DNA from: Squalus acanthias
Lineage: Eukaryota
Length of the DNA stretch: 64,000 nucleotides
Direction: 5' to 3'
NCBI GenBank assembly: GCA_030390025.1
Contig: CM059432.1
Coordinates: 113,710,001-113,774,000 of the forward strand
In this document: positions 28,901-40,771 of the stretch, piece after piece
Numbering within the stretch: position 1 is the stretch's first letter
Layout of the letters: every line of letters starts with the position of its first letter
The notes under the pieces: model-generated
The model's input: the letters and a program-made list of their open reading frames with translations, nothing else
Database searches by the model: none
Told to the model about the DNA's origin: nothing
Position numbers and translations under genes: made by a program

Positions 28901-28956
28901 ATGGGCAATAAATGCTGGCCCTTCCAGCGATGCCCACATCCCATAAACAAATTTTT
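25946..28956 (+). mobile_element. LINE family 2 with tRNA-like 5' head and internal deletions; nested in a CR1 and containing a CR1 3' fragment (about 27729-28206, minus)
   Basis: Reverse-complement homology to 11488-14676; 3' tail GGGATGGGCAATAAATGCTGGCC...GCCCACATCCC; host CR1 rejoins across it (TTAGGGACC|AAAAAGGAGAC). Confidence 0.9.
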
Positions 28957-29320
28957 AAAAAGGAGACCTACGCATGGAGGCAGAGGTACTAAATGAGTAC
29001 TTTGCATCTGCCTTCACCAAGGAAGAAGATGCTGCCAAAGTCATAGTGAAAGAGAAGGTAATGGAGATATTGGATGGGATAAAAATTGATCAAGAGGAGG
29101 TAATACAAAGGCTGGCTGTACTTAAAGTAGATAAGTCACCAGGACCGGATGGGATGCATCCTAGGATGCTGAGGGAAGTTAAGGTGGAAATCAGGAAGGT
29201 ACTGGCCATAATCTTCTAATCCTCATTAGATACAGGGGTGGTGCAAGAGGACTGGAGAACTGCAAATGTTACACCATTGTTCAAAAAAGGTTGTAAGGAT
29301 AAACCCAGCAACTACAGGCT

Positions 29321-29825
29321 TCACCGCTTCACTCCCACTCTGACCTCACCGTCCTCGGCCTATTACACTGTTCCATGGAAACGCAGCGTAAGCTCGAGGA
29401 ACAGCACCTCATCTTTCGTTTAGGCACGCTACAGCCCTCTGGACTCAATATCGAGGTCAACAATTTTAGATCATAACCTCAGCCCCAATCACATTTATAT
29501 TTTATTTTTTCATCCACCCTTTTATTTCCCTCCTAGAAGCTGGCAGCTGTCCTTCATTCTGCCAGTGCATTTCACACTTCTTTTAGCCTTAACCTGTCAC
29601 ATTAACACCTCCTCTTGCCTTGAATATCTCTTAATGTCTCTTAATCTCTCCTTTTGTTCTTTCATCCCCTCCCCCTTTTCCCAGCTTTATCCTTGCCTTA
29701 AATCTATTTGATTTCCTGCTGTTTCCAGTTCTGACGAAAGGTCTCGACCTGAATCGTTAACTCTGTTTCTCTCTCCACGGATTCTGCCTTGCCTGCTGAC
29801 TTTTTCCAGCGTTTCCTGTTGTTAT
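29321..29825 (+). mobile_element. 5'-truncated Penelope-like element (family A) inside a CR1
   Basis: GIY-YIG C-terminus (RKLEEQHLIFRLGTLQPSGLN) plus 3' repeat; 11-bp TSD AACTACAGGCT at 29310-29320 and 29826-29836. Confidence 0.88.
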
Positions 29826-30330
29826 AACTACAGGCTAGTCAGTTTAACCTCAGTAGTAGGGAAGCTTTTAGAAACTATAATCAGGGACAAAATTAACAAT
29901 CACTTGGACAAGTGTGGATTAATTAAGGAAAGCCAGCACGGATTTGCAAATCGTGTTTAACTAACTTGATTGAGTTTTTTGATGAGGTAACAGGGAGGGT
30001 TGATGAGGGCAATGCAGTTGACATGGTGTACATGGACTTCCAAAAGGTGTTTGATAAAGTGCCACATAATAGGCTTACCAGCAAAGTTGAAGCCCATGGA
30101 ATAAAAGGGACAGTGGCAGCATGGATACAAAATTCGCTAAGTGACAGGACTGGAGGAACGTATACTGTGGTGTTCCCCAAGGGTCGGGACTAGAACCACT
30201 GCTTTTCTTGATGTATATTAATGACTTGGACTTGGACTTGGGTGTACAGGGCAGGAAGAATGAGGAGAGGCAATATAAACTAAAGGGTACAATCCTAAAG
30301 GGGGTGCATGAACAGAGAGACCTGGGGGTA

Positions 30331-31390
30331 ATAACAACAGAAAATGCTGGAAACACTCAGCAGGTCAGGCAGCATCGTGGAGAGAGAAACAGAGTTAACA
30401 TTTCAGGTCAATGACCCTTCGTCAGAACTGGAAAATGTTAGAGAAGTAACAGATTTTTAAGCAAGTGTAGGGCAGGAAAAGGGAGGAGGGGAGGAAAGAA
30501 CAAAGGGAAGGTCTGTGATAGGATGGAAGGCAGGAGAGATTAAAAGGCAAAAGGAATGATGGTGCAAGGCAAAAGGAGATGGTAATGGGACAAGTTAAGA
30601 AACATAAGATGGGTCTAGAAGAGGTGTAAATGGCAATGGCAGAATGATCAGCAGCTGCCATGTGAGAGAGAAAAAAAAAGAAAAAAAACATGGGGCCGAG
30701 GTTATAGTCTGAAATTGTTGAACTCGATGTTGAGTCCAGAAGGCTGTAAAGTGCCTAATCGAAAGATGAGGTGCTGTTCCTCGAGCTTACGTTGAGCTTC
30801 GTTGAAACAGTGTAAGAGGCCAAGGCGGAGAGGTCAGAGTGGGAGTGGAGCGGAGAATTAAAGTGACAGGCGACCGGAAGCTCGGGATCACGCTTACGGA
30901 CTGAATGGAGGTGTTCCACAAAGCGGTCACCCAATCTGCATTTGGTCTCCCCGATGTAGAGGAGACCGCATCGTGAGCAGCGAATACAGTATACTAAATT
31001 GCAAGAAGTACAAGTAAATCGCTGTTTCACTTGGAAGGAGTGTTTGGGGCCCTGGACAGTGGGAAGGGAGGAGGTAAACGGGCAGGTGTTGCCTCTCCTG
31101 CGCTTGCACGAGAAGGTGCCGTGGGAAGGGTTAGGGGTGTTGGGGGTGATAGAGGAGTGGACCAGGGTGACGGGAAGGAGCAGTCCCTTCAGAATTCTGA
31201 AAGGGGGGGAGAGGGGAAGATGTGTTTGGTGGTGGGATCATGCTGGAGGTGGCGGAAATGGCGGAGGATGATCCGTTGATTGTGGAGGCTGGTGGAGTGA
31301 AAGGTGAGGACAAGGGGAACCCTATCATGATTCTGGGAGGGAGGGGAAGGGGTGAGAACAGAAGTGCAGGAAATGGAACGGACACGGTCC
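30331..31390 (-). mobile_element. 5'-truncated Penelope-like element (family A) inside a CR1
   Basis: GIY-YIG ORF (LVYCIRCSRCGLLYIGETKCRLGDRF); 13-bp TSD AGACCTGGGGGTA at 30318-30330 and 31391-31403. Confidence 0.9.
30393..30429 (-). ncRNA. Minimal hammerhead motif (family A), palindrome mutated to AUGU
   Basis: Reverse complement AGTT-CTGACGA-A-GGGTC(ATT)GACCT-GAA-ATGT-T-AACT. Confidence 0.6.
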
Positions 31391-32104
31391 AGACCTGGGG
31401 GTATATGTGCACAAATCGTTAAAGGTGGTAGGACAGGTTGAGAAAGCAGTTAAAAAAGCATACGGGATCCTGGGCTTCATAAATAGTGGCATAGAGTACA
31501 AAAGCAAGGAAGTTATGATGAACCTTTATAAAACACTGGTTCAACCTCAACTGGAGTATTGTGTCCAATTCTGGGCACCGCACTTTAGGAAGAATGTGAA
31601 GGCCTTAGAGAGGGTGCAGAAAAGATTTATGAGAATGATTCCAGGGATGAGGGACTTCAGTTACGTGGATAGACTAGAGAAGGTGGGGTTGTTTTCCTTG
31701 GAGCAGGGAAGGTTGAGAGGAGATTTGATAGAGGTATTCAAAATCATGATGTGTCCAGACAGGGTAGATAGAGAGAAACTGTTCCCATTGGCGGAAGGGT
31801 CGAGAACCAAAGGACACAGATTTAAGTTGATTGGCAAAAGAACCAAAGGCGACACGAGGAAAAACTTTTTTTCGCAGTGAGTGGTTAGAATCTGGAATGC
31901 ACTGCCTGAAAGGTGGCTGAGGCAGACTTGATCATGGCTTTCAAAAGGAAATTGATAAGTAACTGAAGGAAAAAATTTTGCAGGGCTACGGGGAAAGGGC
32001 GGGGGAGTGGGACTAGCTGAATTGCTCTTGCAGGGAGCCGGCATGGGCTCGACGGGCCAAATGGCCTCCTTCTGTGCTGTAACCATTCTATGATTCTATG
32101 AATT

Positions 32105-34100
32105 AATAAAAACAAATTCAATTTCCTGTACAGCAATGTACACAGCATCTGAAATAGAACTGGAGGCAATAATTCGCAGGAGTCAGATGTAGTTGGGATA
32201 GCTGAAATATGGCTTAATAAAGAATAGGGCTGGCAGTTAAATATTTCAGGATATAATTTATATAGAAAGGATATGGAGGGAAGAAGGGGGTGGAGTAGCA
32301 TTACTAATTAGAGATAACATAATGGCAGTACAAAAAAAGGACATAACTAATATTAAGATAGAAACAGAATCTATATGGATTGAGATAAAGGATAAGAAAG
32401 GATTGATCATGTTAATAGGGATAATCAACAGACCACCTAATAGTGGAAGGGATGTGGAGGAAGAAATGTGTTGGCAAATCTATGGCCCTGAATTTGCGGT
32501 TGTTGGCGTACCTCTGGAGTACACCTCCGACCCACGAAAGATCTACGAACTTACCTCCTGGCTCCACAACTACAGAGAGTTCGGTTCTCAGGCCTGCAGA
32601 CGTATGCCTGCGTAAAGGCCCAGGGACACAGGCGGTTCGGAAGCGTCCCTGGGACCACTTGGGCTAGGTCCTTCAACGATAAAGTTGTATTCCATTTACG
32701 AACGGAATCCCCATAAACCCTACGGGAATCCCCAAATAACTAAACAATTTAGACAACTGTAATAAAAGTAAATGTCCTGATTTTCAAATTTAATTAAACG
32801 TCCCTTCATTACAGCAAATACAATAAAAATTGAATGTTTTGAAAAATAATTTAAAACATTTTAATCCGGGCCAATATTTGTATTTAAAAATTTTTAATTT
32901 AAGATTTATATTAACCCTTACGCTGGTGAAAGCAGGCCGTACGCCTGCTTTTACCAGGCGTAAGAGTTTTGTGGGCAATTGCTGGACAGTAGCCCAACTC
33001 TGTGCCAGCGAAAGTGAATTTCTAGTTTGTTGTACCTTGACAGATCGCAAGTTCCGGGTTTTCGCTCGTGCGCAGCGCATTCGGAAACCCAGAACTTGCG
33101 GGGCCTTTCAGAAGGCTTATGACAGCGTACGCCATCACAGAGACCATAAATTCCGTACCTATGAAATGAGCAAAAGCCGTAGAATAATAATCATGGAAGA
33201 TTTCAACTATCCCCAGATAAACAGGCAAGAAGAGGTAGGGAAAGGAGAAAAGGGGATATTGTTTTTACAGTGTGTTCAGGACTCCTTTCTTACTAAGTAT
33301 ATAAGAAGCCCAACAAGAGAGGAATCACTGCTACATCTAGTAATGGGAAATGAACCAGAGCAGACAAGAGAAGTAAGCGTGGGGGAACATCTAGGCAATA
33401 GCAATCATAACATAACAAGGTTTAAAATAATGATTGAGAAAGTCATAAATAAAGACGAAAGCAGTGGATTGGAAAGAAAAGCTAATTTTCAGAGGATGAG
33501 AATGAAACTAGAGAAGGTAAAGTGGAAAAAAATTTAACAGACAAAGAGATGGAACAACAGTGGGAAATATTTTAAACGGTGATCAGTAGAGTTCACGAGA
33601 AATATATTGCACTAAAAAACAAGAACAAACTAGCCAATAATGAAACACCACAGATGAATAGAGATATGGGTAAAATTGAAACTACAGAAAAAGACCTACA
33701 CTAAGTACATAGACAATAAAGGAGAGGATGACAAAAGGGAATACGAAGAGCTTAGGAAAGAAGTCAAAAAAAAATAAAGAAAGCAAAAAGGAACTACAAA
33801 ATTAAATTATCAAGGGATGTAAAAAGAAACAGTAAAGTATTCTACAGGCACGTAAATAACAAAGAAATATCAGGATAGCGATAGGGCCACTAACGGATGC
33901 ACAAGATAAACTCACTGGTATTGACAGTGAAATGGCAGAAATATTGAATCATTACTTTGCCTCAGTATTTACCAGGGAGACTAACAGGGGGCATGACATT
34001 CGAAGAGAAGATCAAAAAAGGTATAAAAATATTTAAGAAAGAAAGGCAGAGATAATTGATAAACTAGTCAAACTTAGCGAGGATAAAATCCCTTGTCCTT
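32105..34100 (+). mobile_element. Degenerate CR1 ORF2 N-terminal (AP endonuclease) fragment
   Basis: ETESIWIEI, RPPNS, EDFNYP, PTREESLLHLV and HLGNSNHN motifs. Confidence 0.8.
32484..33159. mobile_element. Harbinger-type MITE with AT-rich core, inserted in a CR1 endonuclease region
   Basis: Imperfect TIRs GGCCCTGAATTT / AAATTCCGTACC; TAT TSD (32481-32483, 33160-33162); CR1 frame rejoins (CWQIY|EMSKSRRIIIMEDFNYP); internal hairpin CTGGTGAAAGCAGGC-CGTAC-GCCTGCTTTTACCAG. Confidence 0.8.
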
Positions 34101-34193
34101 TCACAGATTCACACTGACTTGCGTCATGATCTGCCTGCTCTGCATGCTGCCAGAAGTCATTCGGCACACGCGCGCAAACCCTTTACCAAGATG

Positions 34194-35140
34194 ATGCGGA
34201 GATGCCGGTGTTGGACTGGGGTGGACAAAAATGAGAAGTCGCACAACACCAGGTTATAGTCCAACAGATTTATTTAAAATTACAAGCTTTTGGAGCTGTC
34301 GCCCGATGTCTGCTCGATGCTTTTGCGTTGTCGTGTGTCTCGAAGGCCGCCTTGGAGAACGCTAACCCGAATTTCCGAGGCTGAATGTCCTTGACTGCTG
34401 AAGACCTCTGCAAGACATGCCAGATCATGAACACAGATACCGTCATCACACGTGAGGACACCACCCACCAGGTACATGGTACATACTCATGTGACTCGGC
34501 CAACGTTGTCTACCTGATACGTTGCAGGAAAGGATGCCCCGGAGCATGGTACATCGGCGAGACCATGCAGACACTGAGACAACGTATGAACGGACACCGC
34601 GCAACAATCGCCAGGCAGGATTGCTACCTCCCAGTCGGGGAACACTTCAGCAGTCAAGGACATTCAGCCTCAGATCTGCTGGTTAGCGTTCTCCAAGGCG
34701 GCCTTCGAGACACACGACAACGCAAAATCATCGAGCAGAAACTGATAGCCAAGTTCCGCACCCATGAGGACGGCCTCAATAGGGATATCGGGTTCATATC
34801 ATGCTACAGAACGTGACTCGACATCGTTGTCTATCTTTCCAGTTTTTTAAAAAAACACTAAAAAAACAAACCCAAAAAAGAAAATCAACTGCAGACAGCA
34901 GGATTTGACACGTTGGACCTCCTGTGACACATCTCATTGTCTTGGCTGTGCTCTGGTGTGTCTTTGATGTAAGGACACCTTCCTTGAAAGATTGTATCTC
35001 TGCAGTTTCTGTGTTTATATACTGTGTAATGTTGTAGATTCACTCACTGTACCTTTGCCTGATGAAGGGGCGACAGCTCTGAAAGCTTGTAATTTTAAAT
35101 AAATCTGTTAGACTATAACCTGGTGTTGTGCGACTTCTCA
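34194..35140 (+). mobile_element. Penelope-like element (family B) with inverted 5' end
   Basis: GIY-YIG ORF 34385-34816 (NVVYLIRCRKGC...WYIGETMQTLRQRMNGHR...GLN); 34232-34302 is inverted relative to the 3' end; 14-bp TSD CCTTTACCAAGATG at 34180-34193 and 35141-35154. Confidence 0.9.
35055..35092 (+). ncRNA. Minimal type I hammerhead motif (Penelope family B)
   Basis: TTGC-CTGATGA-A-GGGGC(GACA)GCTCT-GAA-AGCT-T-GTAA; palindromic AGCU. Confidence 0.72.
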
Positions 35141-36649
35141 CCTTTACCAAGATGGCATCCTGCGCACTTTCCATCGGAGGTGTGCACGTGCATCTTGGAC
35201 CCCATTTTGAAACCTTAGGTGACCGCGTAGTGCCTAAAGAACTGGTGCTACGTGGCCCAATTAAACCCCTTATGACTTTGAAATTTTTCTCTATATTCAC
35301 ACATCATGGGGATAATTTTAACTTTTATCACTGTCTGAAAAACGGGTGACATCTTTTCTTTTCCATTGATTATTATCTCCTGTCTGAATTGCACCCAAAA
35401 ATTTTTTATTAGTCTGAGACTGTTTTTCCACTCTAAGTTGATTTTGGGCGATAGTGTAACATGAGCTCTATCGATTCAATGGAAATTAAAATCAGGAGAG
35501 AGGTATGACGGGCGACTGAATTGATATCGTCCATTTTACACGATCACCCAAAATCAAAATTCCCCCCTGTGAGCTTTCTTTATTATTCATGGTGTGCCTG
35601 ATGATAATGGTTTTTCTTTGCCATTGCATATTTTAAAAAATTATTTACTCTTTTGACATGTGTACAAGTTACAACTTGGTGGACAATTTTTCCCCTTGTG
35701 CAATTTACCACCTTACAGAATAATATATATATGTTCACCCTTCCCTCTTCCTGGTCGTATTAATATGCCTCAGTCTCAGTTTTCAGTTCTGAACAAGGAT
35801 CTTAACTCTAAATGTTAACATTCTGTTCTGTTCACAGATGCTGACTGACCTGCTGTATGTTTCCAGCATTTTCTGTCTTTAACGAGAGTCTTTATGAGGG
35901 AGCAAATAGCCACCAGACATGGCCTTTTGTCACAAATCTGTTACATACTAATTTCAAACTAATCAATACTTTCTCACAGCAGACATAGAAATTTTATATC
36001 CAAGGTGATTTCAACCTGGAATTTTAATACGATATTGTTCCGCTCCCCACCCCAAGTCATGTTGTGTATGATTTTCAGTTGACAAGGTTCACAGCCAACC
36101 TGTTTCTCTGCCATTTTTCTTTTTATTCAGCTTCTGAGAAGTGTGCGGAGCCGTTCACGACTGATCTTTTTCCCCTTCCTGGAAGGGTATTCCTTCCCAT
36201 TGGGAGCTTAATTCTGATTCTGGCCTGCAATAGCCATGCCATAGAAGTTTACGGCACAGAAGGAGGCCATTCGGCCCATCGTGCCTGTGCCGGAAACGAG
36301 TGTATTGGTGTAACGAGTGAACAGCAGCTGCTTCTCTTCAAGGAGGAATGGTCAGAGGAAAGATCATCACCGGACCAAGAGTGGTCTTACGCAGCTCCTA
36401 GAGTCAACTCAAACTAGTGATAGAATCAGGTCGCACTCGATGAGTTAGAGAGTGAACAGAAAGAGAGATAGCTGGAAAAAAACAAAAACAGGGAATAAGC
36501 CTGTTCAAAGAAAAATGTGATGAAAGCAGTAGAAAGCTCTGTGACCATTCCCATGGTAGGAACCGTAAATCCTGCACTTGGGATTTTTTCAGCTCTTGCT
36601 CTTCTTTCGCAGAATGGTGAACTCTCCCATTTATTCTGCCTCTTCACAG

Positions 36650-36829
36650 GTGAAAGAAGAAATGGAAATTCTAGTCAAAGAGAGGGGTGTGAATTCCTTT
36701 AAGATGTTCATGGCGTATAAAGATGTCTTTATGCTTCAGGATAATGAGCTGTACGCTGTTTTCTGCCAGTGTAAGGCGCTGGGAGCGATTGCTCAGGTTC
36801 ACGCTGAAAACGGACATTTAATAGCAGAG
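36650..36829 (+). CDS. DPYS: Dihydropyrimidinase, exon equivalent to human exon 3 (180 nt)
   Basis: tcttcacag|GTG and GAG|gtgggt. [60 protein letters not shown] retains the carbamylated Lys (SFKMF) and metal-ligand His (VHAENG). Confidence 0.96.
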
Positions 36830-37359
36830 GTGGGTCTGAACTAAGCTGCGGCCTTGTTTGAATAATAAGGAATGTCTGTGTGTATGACAAATGATGTCTT
36901 TTTCTTTTTAGAGTAAAGTGGCTTTTGTTGCAAGCCAAGAAATTCAAATGAAAAGCTGACTCTTCTCACATTGGAAAAATGTTCGTTTTCAGTATTCGCA
37001 GTGCGAGAATATGAATCATTTTCTGCTTTGTACTAAACCAGGATTGGAAATTTGTTAGAATGCTGAGTTCTCCTCCCTTACCTTGACTTTTTTTTGTGAA
37101 ATTGATGATTTTAATAATGGTTCTATTTTTTAAGGGATAAATGGATAAACAGTTAAGCAGAGGAAGGTAGAAGACTATGGGGAAAGAGCAGGGCAGTGGG
37201 ATTAGTTTGGATTGCTCCGGTAAAGAGGCGGCACACACACACGTTGGGGTGAATGGCTTCCTTCTGTGCTGTAAACCTCTGCGGTTCCAATATGGGATGG
37301 CACAGATGCAAATAGAGCAGTCAGCCAAAGGGTTCAATCATTAGAATGGGATGGTACAA

Positions 37360-38330
37360 ATCAACAACAACTTGCATTTATATAGCACCTTTAAGCAAGG
37401 CGCTTCACAGAGACATAAGGAAGAAAAAGGGACTCGATGAGCCAAAGGAAGAAATAATAGGAGGGTTGACCAAAAACTCAAAGAGGTGGGTTTTAAGGAG
37501 GAGAGGGAGGTGGAGGGGTTTAGGGAGGGAATTCCAGAGCATGGGGCCTAGGCGGCTGGAGGCATGGCTGCCCATGGTGATGCGAAGTGGGGTGGGGGGA
37601 TGCACAAGAGGCCAGAGTCAAAGGATCAGAGGGTTTGCGGAGAGCGATAGTTGGCCTAGAGGAAGTTCCAGAGATGGGATGGCAAGGCCATGAAGAGACT
37701 TAAATGCGAGGATGAGAATTTTAAATTTAAGGCATTTGGGGACTGCAAGCCAATGTAGGTCAGCAAGGATATGGCATGGGGTAGGATGTGGGCTGCAGAG
37801 GTTTAGATGAGCTGAACTTAATGGAAGGCAGAGGATGGTAAGGCGAACAGGGAAGCATGTAATAGTCGAGTTCTAGAAGTGACAAAGGCATATGGGTTTC
37901 AGCAGCAGATGGGCTGAGGTGGGACGGAGACAGGCCATGTTCCGCAGGCCATGTTATGATGGAGAGGATATGGGTTTGGAAACACAACTCCGGTTCGAAT
38001 GGGACACTGCGGTTGCAAACAGTGCGGTTCATCCTGAGTCATTGGCTGGGATGGAATTGAATTAGTAGCAAGGGTATGGAGTTTGTTTTGGGGGCTGAAG
38101 ATGATAGCTCGGTCTTCCCAATGATTAGCGGGAGGAAATTGAGGCTCATCCATGACTGGATGTGGGTCAATCAGTCTAACAACACAGATGCAGTGAAGGG
38201 GTCGGGAGAGGTGGTGGAAAACACATACGGAAGCTAACCTCATGACGATGTCACCAAGAGGCAGCATGTAGATGAGAAAGAGGAAGGAGTTTAGGATGGA
38301 TCCTTGGGGGGACTCAAGAGAAAGCATTGA
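37360..38330 (-). mobile_element. Degenerate L2-type LINE 3' portion (other L2 pieces near 9860-10083 and 15855-16085)
   Basis: PQGSILNSFLFLIYMLPLGDI and LWNSLPKPL motifs; tail GCTATATAAATGCAAGTTGTTGTTG. Confidence 0.7.
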
Positions 38331-39374
38331 AAACAGTGCATCAGTATGAGAATAGAACTCACTGTGCACCGTTTATTGTTGTATAAAAGTGGCATTGCTC
38401 TACACTACAGTAAATTGCTGCACCAGCCTCCTTCATTCTCATGGCGTCCCAAAGTATAGATATGCGTTACATCCTAGTGTCCAGTAATTTGCGATTTTCC
38501 AGTTAGGGGATTTTGCGCTCTCTTTCTGTCTTTCCACAATCAAATAAGCAACAGGGAATGTTCCAGAGGCCTGCTGTCAGAGTGCATATACCCCTGGGTT
38601 GCCTAGGGAATCTTAAACCTTACGTTTGGGGAGCTTACCACCAGTGAACAATGCAGCTGTACCACTGTGCAGCATCGGAGTGCTAAGATGCAGATTCATT
38701 ATCCCCCACTTCGTAAGGGCATCATCTCGATTAGCCCGTTGGAGAGATACTGAGCAGACGTCTGTGCTTCCCTACAGAGAGGGTGAGAGTCAGAAGTAAT
38801 GTGAGTCACCCACCTGCTCTTTTGTACATCCTAGCAGCTGGTTACAGAGCACCGTTAGCAGGGGCCTCGGACTAGGCCTCTTGCCTGGTCAGTTGGTCAT
38901 CAAATGGCGAATGGTTCAGGGAAATCAAAGAAGAGTGGAAATAAGTTCAAAAATTGGGGATGGGGAATAAAATAAGATTCTGTTTCCATCTAACTGAGTG
39001 GATTTATCCCCTCAAATATAACAGTTCTGTGTAAAATGAATTGCCATATTATTTAGAGGTTTATACATCTCGAACTTGAGGGATATAAAGACAGGAAGTG
39101 TTGGAAAAACATGACATTGCCTGGCGATGATCTTTCAGTGGGATTTTAGGAAACCAGACTTTTCTGAGATCCCAGTATCCTTCAATTTCTAATAAATACC
39201 TTCAGAAAATAATACTAATAGAGAAATGCGTGGAGAATTGTGAGACTAAAGTAAGTTATAGAAGACTTTTACTTTCTATCACAATAATATCAAACAGAGA
39301 GAAACCTTAACATTTATACACAGTACAACTAAATTCTTAAAATAATATGCCACCCATCATTTTTTTTTTTGCAG

Positions 39375-39564
39375 GGTGCAAAAAAGATTCTCGCAATGGG
39401 AATCACTGGGCCTGAGGGTCATGCACTTTGTCGACCTGAGGAGGTGGAGGCTGAAGCCACACAGAGGGCAATTACTATAGCCAGTTGTATTAACTGCCCA
39501 CTCTATATAGTCCACGTAATGAGTAAATCCGCAGCTAATGTGATTGTCAGGGCACGGAGAGAAG
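39375..39564 (+). CDS. DPYS: Dihydropyrimidinase, exon equivalent to human exon 4 (190 nt)
   Basis: poly-T gcag|GGT and GAAG|gtgaga. [64 protein letters not shown]; the His in VHVMS supports catalytic DPYS over CRMP paralogues. Confidence 0.96.
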
Positions 39565-40353
39565 GTGAGAAACTGTAGACATTTCATCCTTTTTCTTTCT
39601 TACACAGGTGGTTGACAAATAATTAATGTTTATTTTTTCCCCCAATTTTCTGACATTTCTCCTCATCTGTCTCAATGGCAGTGTCACATACTGGAATGTC
39701 AGGGTTAACTCACTGATCCCTTGCTCCCAGTGGGAGCGACACTCGAAGGAACAATCAATGCTAGTTTTGTAGCTTATCTCTGATCCGCACATCCTTTGTG
39801 CATAACCCCCTCCCTTGGAACCATAGGGTGAATTCACCCTATAGCTCCATAGGCAGTACTCCTATGCTATGGTATATGCCGAGCTTGTGATTGTTGACAG
39901 ACCACTCAACTGTGGGGACAGGGAGTGATCACAGCCAAGTCAGATCTTGTCTTCACATAATGCCCACACGTGCACACTTTCCACAAGGAGCTCAGCGGAT
40001 TGTGAACAGGAGCAGGAATCCTGGCAGATTTCTTCCACCCCACCCCCAACCCCACCCCACACCCATCCAGGAATTTTCACACCAGTTGCAGTTCCCCTTA
40101 CTGACCCACGACTTGGGCTCGAACTTGGGCTGAACCTGTATGGCTCAGTTTACACTGGACAGGACTGATCAGGACCCTTGTAAATAACAACATGTAAATC
40201 TATAATCCTGATTTAAAGTAAAAAATACTTTTCCAATATTTCAATTTTCATTAATACGATAGCAAAATACTGCGATGCTGGAAAATTGAAACAACAACAG
40301 AAAACGCTGGAAAAACTCAGCAGGCCAGGCAACATCCGTGGAGAGAGAAACAG

Positions 40354-40389
40354 AGTTAACGTTTCAGGTCGAAACCCTTCGTCAGAACT
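40354..40389 (-). ncRNA. Minimal hammerhead motif (family A)
   Basis: Reverse complement AGTT-CTGACGA-A-GGGTT(TC)GACCT-GAA-ACGT-T-AACT. Confidence 0.7.
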
Positions 40390-40771
40390 GAGAAAAAAGC
40401 AGGAAATGAAACATAAAAAAGCAAGGGGGAGGCTGGGGGGAGGAATATAAGAACAAAAGGGGTGGTCTATGGTAAGTAGAGACATTAAGAGATGCTCAAG
40501 GCAAGACGAGATGGTAATAGGACAGGTTAAGAAACAAAAGGTGGCTCAGAAGTGTGAAGTGTGAAATGCTGGCAGAATGAGAGACAGCTGCCGTGGGGTG
40601 AAACAGTGATTTACTTGTACTTCTTGCAATCTAGTATACTGTATTCGCTGCTCACGATGTGGTCTCCTCTACATTGGGGAGACCAAACACAGATTGGGTG
40701 ACCGCTTTGCGGAACACCTCCGTTCAGTCCGTAAGGTTGACCCTGAGCTTCCGGTCGCTTGTCATTTGAAT

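Larger units (their letters stand above)
25396..32100 (+). mobile_element. Host CR1 LINE (end of ORF1 esterase-like region through 3' tail), interrupted by three insertions
   Basis: LHLNQNGTRVLAERINRAL* (SGNH esterase-type ORF1 end), then ORF2 pieces (APWMMKEI, SPGPDGMHPR, DFQKVFDKVPH, YCVQFWAP) and an (ATTCTATG)n tail. Confidence 0.85.
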
